DNA of 64,000 nt, from contig RFSV01000003.1 of assembly GCA_009923785.1 (NCBI GenBank), positions 2,534 through 66,533 on the forward strand, given 5' to 3'. Source of the stretch: Acidimicrobiia bacterium. GTDB lineage: Bacteria; Actinomycetota; Acidimicrobiia; Acidimicrobiales; Ilumatobacteraceae. The notes under the pieces are model-generated. The model did no database searches. It was given only the letters and a program-made list of their open reading frames with translations, and was not told where the DNA came from. Below, piece by piece: positions 18,367 to 27,433 of the stretch (position 1 is its first letter; each line of letters opens with the position of its first letter). The translations under genes were made by a program, and so were the position numbers.

Positions 18367-20154
18367 ATGAGCGGAACCACCTCGAACGAGCGCCTGAAGA
18401 AGTGGGTCGACGACTGGGCGGCAATTCTCCAGCCGTCCGACATCTATTGGTGTGATGGTTCGGCCGACGAGTACGACCGGCTGTGTCAGCTTCTCGTCGA
18501 CAGTGGAACGTTCACTCGACTCGACGAAGCCAAGCGTCCCAACAGCTACTGGGCCCACTCCGATCCCGGTGACGTGGCCCGTGTCGAGGACCGCACGTTC
18601 ATCTGCTCCGCCCGTGAAGAAGACGCCGGACCCAACAACAACTGGCGCGAAGCCTCCGAAATGCGCGCCGAACTCACGTCGCTCTACACCGGCGCCATGC
18701 GCGGCCGCACCATGTACGTCGTCCCGTTCAGCATGGGACCGCTCGGCTCCCCCATCGCCCATATCGGCGTCCAGCTCACCGACTCGGCCTACGTCGCAGT
18801 GAGCATGCGCATCATGACTCGCATGGGCCAGGGAGCGCTCGACGTACTCGGTGACAGCGATTGGGTGCCATGCCTCCACTCGGTGGGTGCGCCACTTGCC
18901 GATGGACAGGCCGATTCCTCGTGGCCGTGCAACCCCGACAACAAGTACATCGTCCACTTCCCCGAGACCCGCGAGATCTGGTCGTTCGGGTCGGGTTACG
19001 GCGGAAATGCCCTTCTCGGCAAGAAGTGCTTCGCCCTGCGCATCGCGTCGGTCATGGCTCGCGACGACGGTTGGCTCGCCGAGCACATGCTCATCTTGAA
19101 GCTCACCAACCCCGAAGGTGCGTCCAAGTACATCGCTGCGGCATTCCCGTCGGCGTGCGGCAAGACCAACCTCGCCATGCTCGTCCCCACCATCCCGGGC
19201 TGGAAGGCCGAGACCATCGGCGACGACATCTGCTGGATGAAGTTCGGTGACGACGGACGGCTCTACGCGATCAACCCAGAGGCCGGATTCTTCGGCGTTG
19301 CTCCCGGAACGGGTGACGACACCAACGCCAACGCCATGCACACCTTGTGGGGCAATTGCATCTTCACCAACACGGCTCTCACCCCCGACAACGACGTGTG
19401 GTGGGAAGACATGACGTCCGACAAGCCGGCTCGCCTCACCGATTGGAAAGGCAACGCCTGGACCCCCGAGACCGAGACGCCAGCAGCCCATCCGAACGCC
19501 CGTTTCACGGCCCCGGCCTCGCAGTGTCCGTCGATGGCGCCCGAGTGGCAGGATCCGGCTGGTGTGCCGATCTCGGCCATCTTGTTCGGCGGTCGTCGTC
19601 GGAGCACCGTGCCGCTCGTGACCGAAGCCTTCGACTGGGAGCACGGCGTGTTCCTCGGGTCGATCATGGCGTCGGAAACCACCGCCGCCCAGCAGGGTGC
19701 GGTCGGCAAGTTGCGCTTCGATCCGATGGCCATGCTTCCGTTCTGCGGATACAACATGGCCGACTATTTCGCCCACTGGCTGGCGATCGGCTCGAAGTCT
19801 GATGCGTCGAAGCTGCCGAAGATCTTCTTCGTGAACTGGTTCCGACGTGACGAGAACGGCCGCTTCTTGTGGCCGGGCTTCGGCGAGAACAGCCGTGTGT
19901 TGAAGTGGGTGTTCGATCGTGTCGACGGATCGGTCGACGCCGTGAGTACCGCGATCGGCCTCCTGCCGACCGAAGGCGCTCTTGACACCAAGGGCCTCGA
20001 AATCGACGCCAACGATCTGAAGGTGCTGCTCGACGTCGACACAGAGGGCTGGAAAGAAGCCGTTCCCCAGATCCGGGAGCACTTCGCCCAGTTCGGACCG
20101 AAGCTGCCGGCGAAGCTGTCCGTCCAGCTCGACTCACTCGCCTCGGCCCTCTGA
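18367..20154 (+). CDS. pckG: Phosphoenolpyruvate carboxykinase (GTP)
   Basis: 595 aa with [13 protein letters not shown] (kinase-1a P-loop of GTP-PEPCK), [16 protein letters not shown], and [28 protein letters not shown]. Confidence 0.95.
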   Translation: MSGTTSNERLKKWVDDWAAILQPSDIYWCDGSADEYDRLCQLLVDSGTFTRLDEAKRPNSYWAHSDPGDVARVEDRTFICSAREEDAGPNNNWREASEMRAELTSLYTGAMRGRTMYVVPFSMGPLGSPIAHIGVQLTDSAYVAVSMRIMTRMGQGALDVLGDSDWVPCLHSVGAPLADGQADSSWPCNPDNKYIVHFPETREIWSFGSGYGGNALLGKKCFALRIASVMARDDGWLAEHMLILKLTNPEGASKYIAAAFPSACGKTNLAMLVPTIPGWKAETIGDDICWMKFGDDGRLYAINPEAGFFGVAPGTGDDTNANAMHTLWGNCIFTNTALTPDNDVWWEDMTSDKPARLTDWKGNAWTPETETPAAHPNARFTAPASQCPSMAPEWQDPAGVPISAILFGGRRRSTVPLVTEAFDWEHGVFLGSIMASETTAAQQGAVGKLRFDPMAMLPFCGYNMADYFAHWLAIGSKSDASKLPKIFFVNWFRRDENGRFLWPGFGENSRVLKWVFDRVDGSVDAVSTAIGLLPTEGALDTKGLEIDANDLKVLLDVDTEGWKEAVPQIREHFAQFGPKLPAKLSVQLDSLASAL

Positions 20155-20167
20155 TCACGACCAAATT

Positions 20168-20227
20168 CGCGCACCCTGATGCGCTCGGTACCTTTTTTGG
20201 GTGCTAGCGCAACAGGGTGCGCGTTTT
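20168..20227. terminator. Putative bidirectional intrinsic terminator between convergent pckG and the membrane-protein gene
   Basis: Perfect 11-bp inverted repeat cgcgcaccctg (20168-20178) / cagggtgcgcg (20213-20223), followed by tttt on the + strand and flanked by aaatt on the other side. The internal segment contains a T6 run and a second gggtgc that could pair alternatively with gcaccc. Locally AT-richer than its surroundings. Confidence 0.55.
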
Positions 20228-20599
20228 CTATTGGCCGACAAGGAGGGCTCGGATACCGAGCCCCATCACGAAGAGGCCGCCGAAGCCGTACAGCAGGTAC
20301 AGCCGGTGCTTCATCTGGTTGCGATAACTGAAGATGATCGCAACGGCCATGATTCCGACGAAGCCGTAGAAGGCATGGAACTGCGGGAACTCCAACTTGT
20401 CACGATTGACCACGGCCACTCCGAGACCCACCTGAACGAACATGGTCAGCTGAGCGAGCAGGGTGTACCACCAGAGAGCACGTGACCGCAGAGACGCAAA
20501 TCGATGCGCCCCGAGGGCCCAGAGTCCGGCCAGACCGTTCGCGATGATCACGAACCAGGCCCACTGCTGATGCAGGTCGAGCAACATGAGAGCAGCCAT
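20228..20599 (-). CDS. Small integral membrane protein (4 predicted TM helices), hypothetical
   Basis: 123 aa, hydrophobic: WAWFVIIANGLAGLWALGA, LWWYTLLAQLTMFVQVGLGVAVV, FHAFYGFVGIMAVAIIF, LYLLYGFGGLFVMGLGI. Last gene of a co-directional cluster. Confidence 0.6.
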   Translation of the reverse strand: MAALMLLDLHQQWAWFVIIANGLAGLWALGAHRFASLRSRALWWYTLLAQLTMFVQVGLGVAVVNRDKLEFPQFHAFYGFVGIMAVAIIFSYRNQMKHRLYLLYGFGGLFVMGLGIRALLVGQ

Positions 20600-20641
20600 T
20601 CGTGTCGACCCTACTCGGAGCCCCTGGGTGCCCTGCGGGTG

Positions 20642-21346
20642 TCACTCACCACACGGAGTGCCGCCCACTAGGGCGATGACTCGCCCAGCTTCGGAATCGT
20701 CGGTCAGAGTCCCCCAGAGAAGCGGTTCGAGTTCGAAACCGGGACCGAACACGTCGTCAGCGAAGATCTCGACGTCGGGATACACCCGGCGCATTTCGGC
20801 AACTGTCGAGCCGAGCCCGATCAGACCGTCGGTGAGTGGACCGTTCGGACGAAGCGGTGACGACGTCTGCGGGCCGTACTGCCATTGGTAGAAGTGTCGG
20901 CGCCCAGAACCGAAGTCGCTGTCGTCTCCGAACAACAAGAGAAGGTCTCCCCAGCGCACTCCCCGGACCTCCGAACCCGGACACATTCCGAACTCGGAGA
21001 AAGAGTCGATGTAACCAGTGTCGGAATCGGGCGGGCCGAGCAACGACGTTACGAAGGAGATGACTCCTTCGGGCTCGACACCGAAACGAGCACTGCCGAG
21101 ACCATTGCTCCGCAGGATCAACTCCTCTCCTTCCACCACCGTCGTCGTGGTGGTCGAGGTCGTCGTCGTGGTGGTCGACGTGGGAGCCGGGGCCTCAGTA
21201 CTGGACGAAACGACAGGCGCCACGGTCGTCGAGGTCGTCACGAGTGGCGCCAACGTGTCCGACGAACCACCTCCCCCGCCGCACGCCGCCAACCACATGA
21301 ACACCGATGAAGCGACGATCGCCACTATCGAGCCTCGTCTTCGCAT
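20642..21346 (-). CDS. Secreted lipoprotein with Ser/Thr-rich linker, hypothetical
   Basis: 234 aa: MRRRGSIVAIVASSVFMWLAACGGGGGSS (signal plus lipobox L-A-A-C), a poly-Thr/Ser linker (STTTTTTSTTTTT), then a globular domain with no motif I recognise. Confidence 0.6.
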   Translation of the reverse strand: MRRRGSIVAIVASSVFMWLAACGGGGGSSDTLAPLVTTSTTVAPVVSSSTEAPAPTSTTTTTTSTTTTTVVEGEELILRSNGLGSARFGVEPEGVISFVTSLLGPPDSDTGYIDSFSEFGMCPGSEVRGVRWGDLLLLFGDDSDFGSGRRHFYQWQYGPQTSSPLRPNGPLTDGLIGLGSTVAEMRRVYPDVEIFADDVFGPGFELEPLLWGTLTDDSEAGRVIALVGGTPCGE

Positions 21347-21364
21347 ACTCCACAGTCTGCCGGT

Positions 21365-21940
21365 TCAGCGAATGAGAGTGTCGGCTTCTCGTCCTCGCTC
21401 GACGAGCTTCACACCGCCGTGCTCGTCGACTTCGACGACGGTGACCGAGGCGTTGTCGAGACTGTCGATCACAAGTCGATCATCGCCGGTGCAGGCGCCG
21501 ATGACGGCATTGATGGCGATGAAATGACTGAATACCATCGTCGGACGGCGTCGAGTTCGCACGTAGTCGATCACCCCGTCGCGAAATTCGATGAAGGGTG
21601 AACCGAGATCCAGCCACGATCCAGCCATGGCTTTCCTCAGCCACTCGACTCGCTCCGACATCGGGATTCCCGCCGGCGAAGGAATCTCGCGAACCGCCTC
21701 GACCACTGTGAGAGATCCATCGGGTCGACCCCACTCCCCGAGGAGAAAGTTCGCCGTCTCACGACAACGGCGCAGTGGACTCGACACCACGTCGATTCCG
21801 TCGCCGCCTTCGGACATTCCTGCCAACACTCGAGCAGTCGCGCCAGCTTGCTCGCGCCCCACGTCGTCGAGACCGGGGTCGGGATCGGTGTCCCAACCCG
21901 CCGCGGCTCGCCCATGACGGATCAGGTGCACCCTGATCAC
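21365..21940 (-). CDS. Histidine phosphatase family protein (phosphoglycerate-mutase-like)
   Basis: ORF 21365..22072 trimmed to GTG (complement 21938-21940), overlapping the upstream stop (GTGA). Starts [16 protein letters not shown] (RHG catalytic motif). Downstream SPLRRCRETA and ...VFSHFIAINAV (H of the second catalytic motif). Confidence 0.75.
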   Translation of the reverse strand: MIRVHLIRHGRAAAGWDTDPDPGLDDVGREQAGATARVLAGMSEGGDGIDVVSSPLRRCRETANFLLGEWGRPDGSLTVVEAVREIPSPAGIPMSERVEWLRKAMAGSWLDLGSPFIEFRDGVIDYVRTRRRPTMVFSHFIAINAVIGACTGDDRLVIDSLDNASVTVVEVDEHGGVKLVERGREADTLIR

Positions 21941-22725
21941 ATGAACCAACCTGGTTCCGCGCCTCCCGGGCGACCTGCCTCGATGAACCACTCGGTTCCG
22001 AATGCCATGGCGAACATTTCGGGCGACATCTGAAGAAAGAAACTTTGGTCGGTGATCTGGCTGGCGTGACAAGCCATCGAACGACGTTTCTGGTCGACGT
22101 ACGACGACACATCGACCGCCATCGTGATCTCGTCTTCGGTTGATCCGAAAGGATTGCCGTCATCAGCCGGCGCATTGGGATCGAAGTCACCATCGTCGGA
22201 GATCTCGGCTCTCATGCGCGCAATGCGCGTGCGATTCATGGTGGACTCGAGCAGTCGAACTGAACGTCCTCTCTCGGCGAGCAACTCCACGGCGCGGTGC
22301 CCGACACGATGCACCATGATGTGATCGGGATGCCCATATCCCCCATGCCAGTCGTAGCACGTGACTACATCGGCATCGACGTCGTCGAGTATCTCGGCGA
22401 ACAGCTCGGCCGCCTCGTCGAGATCGGCGCCGACGAAAGCTCCCGATGCCCGATTCTGTTCCCAGCCGGTCATGCCGCTGTCGTGGAATCCGAGCCATCT
22501 GATCTCGGACACGCCGAGCACGTCGGCCGAGAGCTCGGTTTCCCGTCGTCGACGATCGACCAGCGTTTCACCGGGCGCCAGATCGTCGGGGGTCTCCCCA
22601 TGGCGTCCGTCGGTGGCTACGACCAAGACGACCCGGTGACCCTCGTTGGCCGCACGAGCGATGCTGCCACCTGTCGCGATCGACTCGTCGTCAGGATGGG
22701 CGTGGAGGCAAACGAGTGTGCTCAC
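21937..22725 (-). CDS. PIG-L family deacetylase (LmbE/MshB/Mca-like)
   Basis: ORF 21937..23358 trimmed to GTG (complement 22723-22725), overlapping the CaiB stop (GTGA). [20 protein letters not shown] (the AHPDDE metal-binding motif) and [12 protein letters not shown] (HPDH motif). The upstream 211 aa of the ORF is R-rich and lies antisense-frame within the CoA-transferase gene. Confidence 0.8.
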   Translation of the reverse strand: MSTLVCLHAHPDDESIATGGSIARAANEGHRVVLVVATDGRHGETPDDLAPGETLVDRRRRETELSADVLGVSEIRWLGFHDSGMTGWEQNRASGAFVGADLDEAAELFAEILDDVDADVVTCYDWHGGYGHPDHIMVHRVGHRAVELLAERGRSVRLLESTMNRTRIARMRAEISDDGDFDPNAPADDGNPFGSTEDEITMAVDVSSYVDQKRRSMACHASQITDQSFFLQMSPEMFAMAFGTEWFIEAGRPGGAEPGWFM

Positions 22726-23879
22726 GCGTCGACGACCGCTCCCGATGCGAGAAGAGCATCGATGCGCGCCGCGTCGAAACCCCACTCGGACAGAATTTCC
22801 CGGGTGTGCTGACCGGGATGCGCCGGAGGCCCCGACACTTCGGGAATCGTTCGGGAGAATCGTGGCGCCGGAGCAGGCTGCTTCACACCGGCGATGTCGA
22901 TGATCATGTTGCGTTCGACGTTGTGTGGATGGGTGGCAGCTTCGCTCATGGTAAGGACTGGTGCGAAGCACACGTCGGTCGCCTCCATGATCGAGCACCA
23001 CTCGGATCGGGTCTTGGTACGGAAGACCTCGGCGATCCGCTCCTTCAGGTGGGGCCACTGCGACTTGTCCATCTGACGGGCGAATTCGGGATCGGTGTCG
23101 AGTCCGGTGAGCTTCAACAGTTCGGCGTAGAACTGTGGTTCGATCGAGCCGATCGACACGTACTTGCCATCGGCACATTCGTAGGCGTCGTAGAAGTGAG
23201 CACCGGTGTCGAGCAGGTTGGTGCCTCGCGCGTTCTCGTCGTGAGCACCCATCTGCGAAAAGGCCCAGAACATCGTCATGAGGATTGCCGTCCCATCGAC
23301 CATCGCCGCATCGACCACTTGGCCTCTTCCGCTCTTGGATCGCTCGAGAAGTGCACACACGACGCCGTAGGCGAGGAACATGCCGCCTCCACCGAAGTCA
23401 CCAACCATGTTCATGGGCGGAACCGGGGCTTCACCTGCTCGGCCGAAATGAGCCAGAGCGCCAGCGAGTGAGATGTAGTTGATGTCGTGTCCGGCCGCCT
23501 GCGCGTACATGCCGGTCTGCCCCCACCCGGTCATGCGACCGAAGACGAGACCGGGGTTGCGAGCGAGACATACATCGGGGCCCACGCCGAGTCGTTCCAT
23601 CACTCCGGGGCGGAAGCCCTCGATCAGAGCATCTGCCGACTCGACGAGAGTCAACAGGGTCTCGACACCCTCAGGATTCTTCAAGTCGATGGCGACGTTG
23701 CGACGACCTCGCTGCAAGATGTCGGCACCGGGGGAATCGGGAGCCGGCCCGCGAACGGCCTGACTACGTTCAACACGGATGACTTCGGCACCCATGTCGG
23801 ACAGCAGCATGGCCGCGAACGGACCCGGGCCGATACCGGCGATTTCGATGATGCGATAACCAGACAGTGGACCAGGCAT
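22722..23879 (-). CDS. CoA-transferase family III (CaiB/BaiF; alpha-methylacyl-CoA racemase-like)
   Basis: 385 aa: [38 protein letters not shown]..., [21 protein letters not shown] (the catalytic Asp region of family III CoA transferases / AMACR). Confidence 0.85.
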   Translation of the reverse strand: MPGPLSGYRIIEIAGIGPGPFAAMLLSDMGAEVIRVERSQAVRGPAPDSPGADILQRGRRNVAIDLKNPEGVETLLTLVESADALIEGFRPGVMERLGVGPDVCLARNPGLVFGRMTGWGQTGMYAQAAGHDINYISLAGALAHFGRAGEAPVPPMNMVGDFGGGGMFLAYGVVCALLERSKSGRGQVVDAAMVDGTAILMTMFWAFSQMGAHDENARGTNLLDTGAHFYDAYECADGKYVSIGSIEPQFYAELLKLTGLDTDPEFARQMDKSQWPHLKERIAEVFRTKTRSEWCSIMEATDVCFAPVLTMSEAATHPHNVERNMIIDIAGVKQPAPAPRFSRTIPEVSGPPAHPGQHTREILSEWGFDAARIDALLASGAVVDA

Positions 23880-23892
23880 GGTCCGATCGTAT

Positions 23893-24831
23893 TCAGCAGT
23901 TACTCGTCATGGACCATTCGGCAAGGCGAACGTGGCCGCTGATGGCATCGACGATCATCGGCTGAAGTGGTTCGGGCAGATCGTGGCCCATATCGGCCAC
24001 CAGAAGAAAAGTGGACCCGGCAACCAGTTCCGCTGTTCGCTCTCCTCCGGACGGCGGAAGCAACGTGTCGTCTCGACCATGGATGACGAGAGTGGGAACG
24101 TCGAGGGTGGACAGACCCTCGGTTCGACGACCACTTGCGTAGATGGCCGCCAACTGCCGTGACGACCCTTCGGGGTAGAAGGAGCGGTCGAACGAGCGAG
24201 CCGCCTCGAGCTTCACACGGTCGGCGTCGAAATATCGACGCGACTGCCACACGCCGTACTTGACCGATTCTTCGATGTAGGTCTCACGTTCTACGGCCGG
24301 TGGAGCCAACAGCACCGCGGCCGCCTCGGGAAGAGGTTGACCATATTCGGGTTCACCTGTGACCGACATGATGGATGTGAGCGAGATCACGCGATGGCGG
24401 TGTTCGATCGCCACGTGTTGGGCGATCATCCCACCCATGGACGCCCCCACGACATGGGCCTTTTCCACTCCGAGGTGATCGAGCAGTCCGACGGCGTCGA
24501 GCGCCATGTCCGAAAGCGTGTACGGCACCGGTGGCACGGGAAGATCGGCCAAGGCGGCCACCATCACCGCATCGACGTCGACGCCCACTCCGTCGAGTTT
24601 GGTCGACAGACCGCAGTCACGATTGTCGAACCGCACGAGGTGGAAGCCCTGCTCGACCAGTGCCGAGCAGAAAGTGTCGGGCCATCCGATCATCTGTGCG
24701 CCGAAACCCATCACGAGCAGAATCGTGGGATTCTGCGGATCACCCAACTGTTCGAATTCGAGCTCGACAGATCCGATGTTGGCGGGGACGATGGCGCGAG
24801 GCACGCCGAGACGATATCCCTTCACCATCAC
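23893..24831 (-). CDS. Alpha/beta hydrolase
   Basis: 312 aa. [14 protein letters not shown] (oxyanion region), nucleophile elbow [12 protein letters not shown] (G-x-S-x-G), C-terminal ...DMGHDLP (catalytic His). Confidence 0.8.
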   Translation of the reverse strand: MMVKGYRLGVPRAIVPANIGSVELEFEQLGDPQNPTILLVMGFGAQMIGWPDTFCSALVEQGFHLVRFDNRDCGLSTKLDGVGVDVDAVMVAALADLPVPPVPYTLSDMALDAVGLLDHLGVEKAHVVGASMGGMIAQHVAIEHRHRVISLTSIMSVTGEPEYGQPLPEAAAVLLAPPAVERETYIEESVKYGVWQSRRYFDADRVKLEAARSFDRSFYPEGSSRQLAAIYASGRRTEGLSTLDVPTLVIHGRDDTLLPPSGGERTAELVAGSTFLLVADMGHDLPEPLQPMIVDAISGHVRLAEWSMTSNC

Positions 24832-24848
24832 TGAACTAGCGTGGAGAC

Positions 24849-25772
24849 ATGGGAAGCGACATCAAGTTCTCGGGAACCTCGTTTGGCGTACACACCGGTC
24901 TTCAGCACACCACTTACGACGTCTTGCGCCCTTTGTGGCATCGCATCGAAGAACTTGGCTTCGACTGGATCTCCATCTGGGACCACTTCTACGGGGCAAC
25001 TGGCCAACCCGATGACGCCGCATGCTTCGAAGCCGTCGCCATGCATGCCGCCCTCGCCGCCGAGACGACGAGGGTGCGTGTCGGGTCCCTCGTCTATTCG
25101 GTCGGTTATCGACACCCTGCGGTGCTGGCCAAGATGATCACCGCCATCGACCATGTGTCGGGCGGTCGCGCCGACCTCGGTCTCGGAGCCGGATGGGCCG
25201 TCGTCGAATACAACGCTTACGGGATGCCCTTCCCCGAGACCAAGGTGCGCATGAACCAACTCGAAGAGGCGGCCCAATGCGTTCGCGGCTTGTTGCACGA
25301 CGAGGTCACGTCATTCTCCGGAGAGTGGTTCAACCTGAACGAGGCACGAAACGAACCTCGTCCCGTGCAGCCGAAGATCCCGATCTGGATCGGCGGCGGT
25401 GGAGAGAAGCGAACGCTCGCCATCACTGCCAAGTACGCCGACGGTTGGAACGTGCCATTCGTGTCGCCGGAAACCTTCGCCCACAAGAGCCGTGTTCTCA
25501 CGGAACACTGTGAGCGAGTCGGTCGCGACCCCTCTCATGTACGTCGAACCGTCAACGTCGGGATCGCCTGGACCGAAGAGAGCCTGGTCGGCCAATTCGG
25601 ACTTCTGGCCGAAGGAGTTCGCCCGGGAGTTCTGACCGGCTCCGACGACGAGGTGATCGATCGCATCGGACAGTACGTCGAAGCCGGTGCCGACCAGATC
25701 AACCTCGCGCTGCGAGCCCCGTTCGACGCGGATGCACTCGAAAGGTTCTCGGCCACTCTCGGTCTCGCCTGA
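24849..25772 (+). CDS. LLM-class (luciferase-like) F420-dependent oxidoreductase
   Basis: 307 aa. TIM-barrel LLM pattern: GFDWISIWDHF, RVRVGSLVYSVGYRHPAVLAKMITAIDHVSGGRADLGLGAGW, IPIWIGGGGEKRTL. Resembles the Rv1855c-type family from memory. Confidence 0.8.
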   Translation: MGSDIKFSGTSFGVHTGLQHTTYDVLRPLWHRIEELGFDWISIWDHFYGATGQPDDAACFEAVAMHAALAAETTRVRVGSLVYSVGYRHPAVLAKMITAIDHVSGGRADLGLGAGWAVVEYNAYGMPFPETKVRMNQLEEAAQCVRGLLHDEVTSFSGEWFNLNEARNEPRPVQPKIPIWIGGGGEKRTLAITAKYADGWNVPFVSPETFAHKSRVLTEHCERVGRDPSHVRRTVNVGIAWTEESLVGQFGLLAEGVRPGVLTGSDDEVIDRIGQYVEAGADQINLALRAPFDADALERFSATLGLA

Positions 25773-25795
25773 CCGCGATCTGACGGACCGGCCAG

Positions 25796-26755
25796 ATGGC
25801 GATCGACGTTCGGGCCCACGGACGGGTCAACCTCATCGGCGATCACACCGACTATTCCGGTGGTTGGGTGCTGCCGATGCCGATTGCCCCGTTCACTTCG
25901 ATCACCGGGGATTTCGTCGACGGCGACGACTGGCACCTTTCGTCGGAGAACGATCCCGACATGGTGCACCTCCCTCTGCCGATCGACGATCCGTCGTCGG
26001 TTCGACCCGAATGGGGCCGTTACGTCGCCGGAGTACTCGCTGAAGTGGCGCGCTCCGGTCGAAGAGTTCGGGGATTTCGCGGTCGAGTCTCCACCGAACT
26101 TCCGATCGGGTCCGGCCTCTCGTCGAGCGCCGCTCTCGAAGTGGCTGTGGCCAGGGTGGCCCTGAGTGGCGAGCACGCAGATGCACTCGAGGTGGCCGAA
26201 ATGTGCCGGCGAGCCGAGCATCGAGCATCGGGGGTGCCGTGCGGAATCATGGACCAGTTGTGCATTGCGGCGGGTGAGCCCGGTCGACCGGTTCTCATCG
26301 ATTGCACCTCACTCACCGTCGAGCACGTTCCCCTTCCTCCTGGAGTACGCGTCACCTACGAATTCGTGACACCACGACGACTGGCCGGCAGCGAATACGC
26401 GACTCGTGTCAAAGAGTCCCAACTGGCAACCGAAATGATCGGACCGCTACGGGAGGCCGACATCAGCGACGTCGAATCGATCGCCGATCCGGTCGTTCGC
26501 CGACGCGCCCGTCACATCGTCTCCGAGAACCACCGCGTTCTGGATTTCGTAGCCGCCATGAGGTCGAGGGACCACGAATCGATGGGTCGCTTGATGGTCG
26601 AGAGCCACCGGAGCATGCAGTTCGACTACGAGACGTCGACTTCCACGATGGATGCCGCGGTCGAACGAACACTTGCCGAGCGCGATGTGCTCGGAGCACG
26701 ACTCACCGGAGGCGGATTCGGCGGGTGTGTTGTGGCACTGCGTCGTGACGGCTGA
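25796..26755 (+). CDS. galK: Galactokinase-like GHMP kinase (short form, 319 aa)
   Basis: GRVNLIGDHTDYSGGWVLPMPI (galactokinase signature), PIGSGLSSSAALEVA (GHMP ATP-binding motif), GVPCGIMDQ, RRARHIVSENHRV, RLTGGGFGGCVVAL. No galT or galE nearby. Confidence 0.75.
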   Translation: MAIDVRAHGRVNLIGDHTDYSGGWVLPMPIAPFTSITGDFVDGDDWHLSSENDPDMVHLPLPIDDPSSVRPEWGRYVAGVLAEVARSGRRVRGFRGRVSTELPIGSGLSSSAALEVAVARVALSGEHADALEVAEMCRRAEHRASGVPCGIMDQLCIAAGEPGRPVLIDCTSLTVEHVPLPPGVRVTYEFVTPRRLAGSEYATRVKESQLATEMIGPLREADISDVESIADPVVRRRARHIVSENHRVLDFVAAMRSRDHESMGRLMVESHRSMQFDYETSTSTMDAAVERTLAERDVLGARLTGGGFGGCVVALRRDG

Positions 26756-26760
26756 TCACA

Positions 26761-27384
26761 TCATTCGAACAGACGCCGTTTGGCGCTCTCGAATTCCTCG
26801 TCGGAGATCGAACCGCGGTCGCGCAAACCTTCGAGTTTGATCAACTGCTCGGCCAGGTCTCCCGGCTCGACCGATGGCGACGCCAACGGGAACGACCGCC
26901 GATGGTTCTCCTCCATCTGGACATGGATCAGGTTCTGGACTCGATCGGGCTTCAAGATGTCGGTGAAACGTTGTTGACCGTCTTCTCCTCCCGACTCGAT
27001 GAGAAGGTCCCCGGCGTCGATCAGGCGTTCGAAAATCGACTGCTTGAAACTCACATTGTTCACCCGTTCGAGCGGAATCTCGATCCCGCTCTTGGCCAAC
27101 ACGCCTTTGCGGGCGATGACCCGGTCGCTCGTGATGACGAAATGAGTCGTTCGCCACAGCAGCCAACGAATGACCAGCCAGACCAGGCTCCCTAGGGCCA
27201 CCAGGCCCACGATCCATTTCACACCGGTCTCCCACACGGCCCCATCGAGGGTTGCCAGCAACCACAAGAAGAGAACTCCCGAGACCAGGAATGCGCCAGT
27301 CGGCCGAGACATGAACCACCAATGAGGGTGGATGTCGAGTGCGATCTCTTCTCCATCGTTGAGAAGGCGGCGAGGATACGGCAT
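26761..27384 (-). CDS. Membrane-anchored bacterial PH domain (bPH_2/YdbS-like) protein with C-terminal SHOCT domain
   Basis: 207 aa: LNDGEEIALDIHPHWWF, two TM helices, THFVITSDRVIARKGVLAKSGIEIPLERVNNV (bPH_2 pattern), C-terminal LIKLEGLRDRGSISDEEFESAKRRL (SHOCT pattern). Confidence 0.7.
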   Translation of the reverse strand: MPYPRRLLNDGEEIALDIHPHWWFMSRPTGAFLVSGVLFLWLLATLDGAVWETGVKWIVGLVALGSLVWLVIRWLLWRTTHFVITSDRVIARKGVLAKSGIEIPLERVNNVSFKQSIFERLIDAGDLLIESGGEDGQQRFTDILKPDRVQNLIHVQMEENHRRSFPLASPSVEPGDLAEQLIKLEGLRDRGSISDEEFESAKRRLFE

Positions 27385-27433
27385 ACCGGAACGCTAGTCG
27401 GGCCGTTCGGCCCGAGGCCCTAGTCTCCACTCG

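Noticed and set aside
18106-20082. 658-aa ORF on the minus strand covering almost all of pckG
   Set aside because: It lies fully antisense to an unmistakable GTP-PEPCK. The translation is R/G/V/H/D-rich with no recognisable motif. Long stop-free antisense frames are expected in GC-rich DNA.
25796-26755. Short galactokinase considered as a truncated pseudogene
   Set aside because: The reading frame is uninterrupted. It retains the galactokinase signature, the GHMP motif and the C-terminal GGGFGG motif, so it is treated as an intact if atypical gene.
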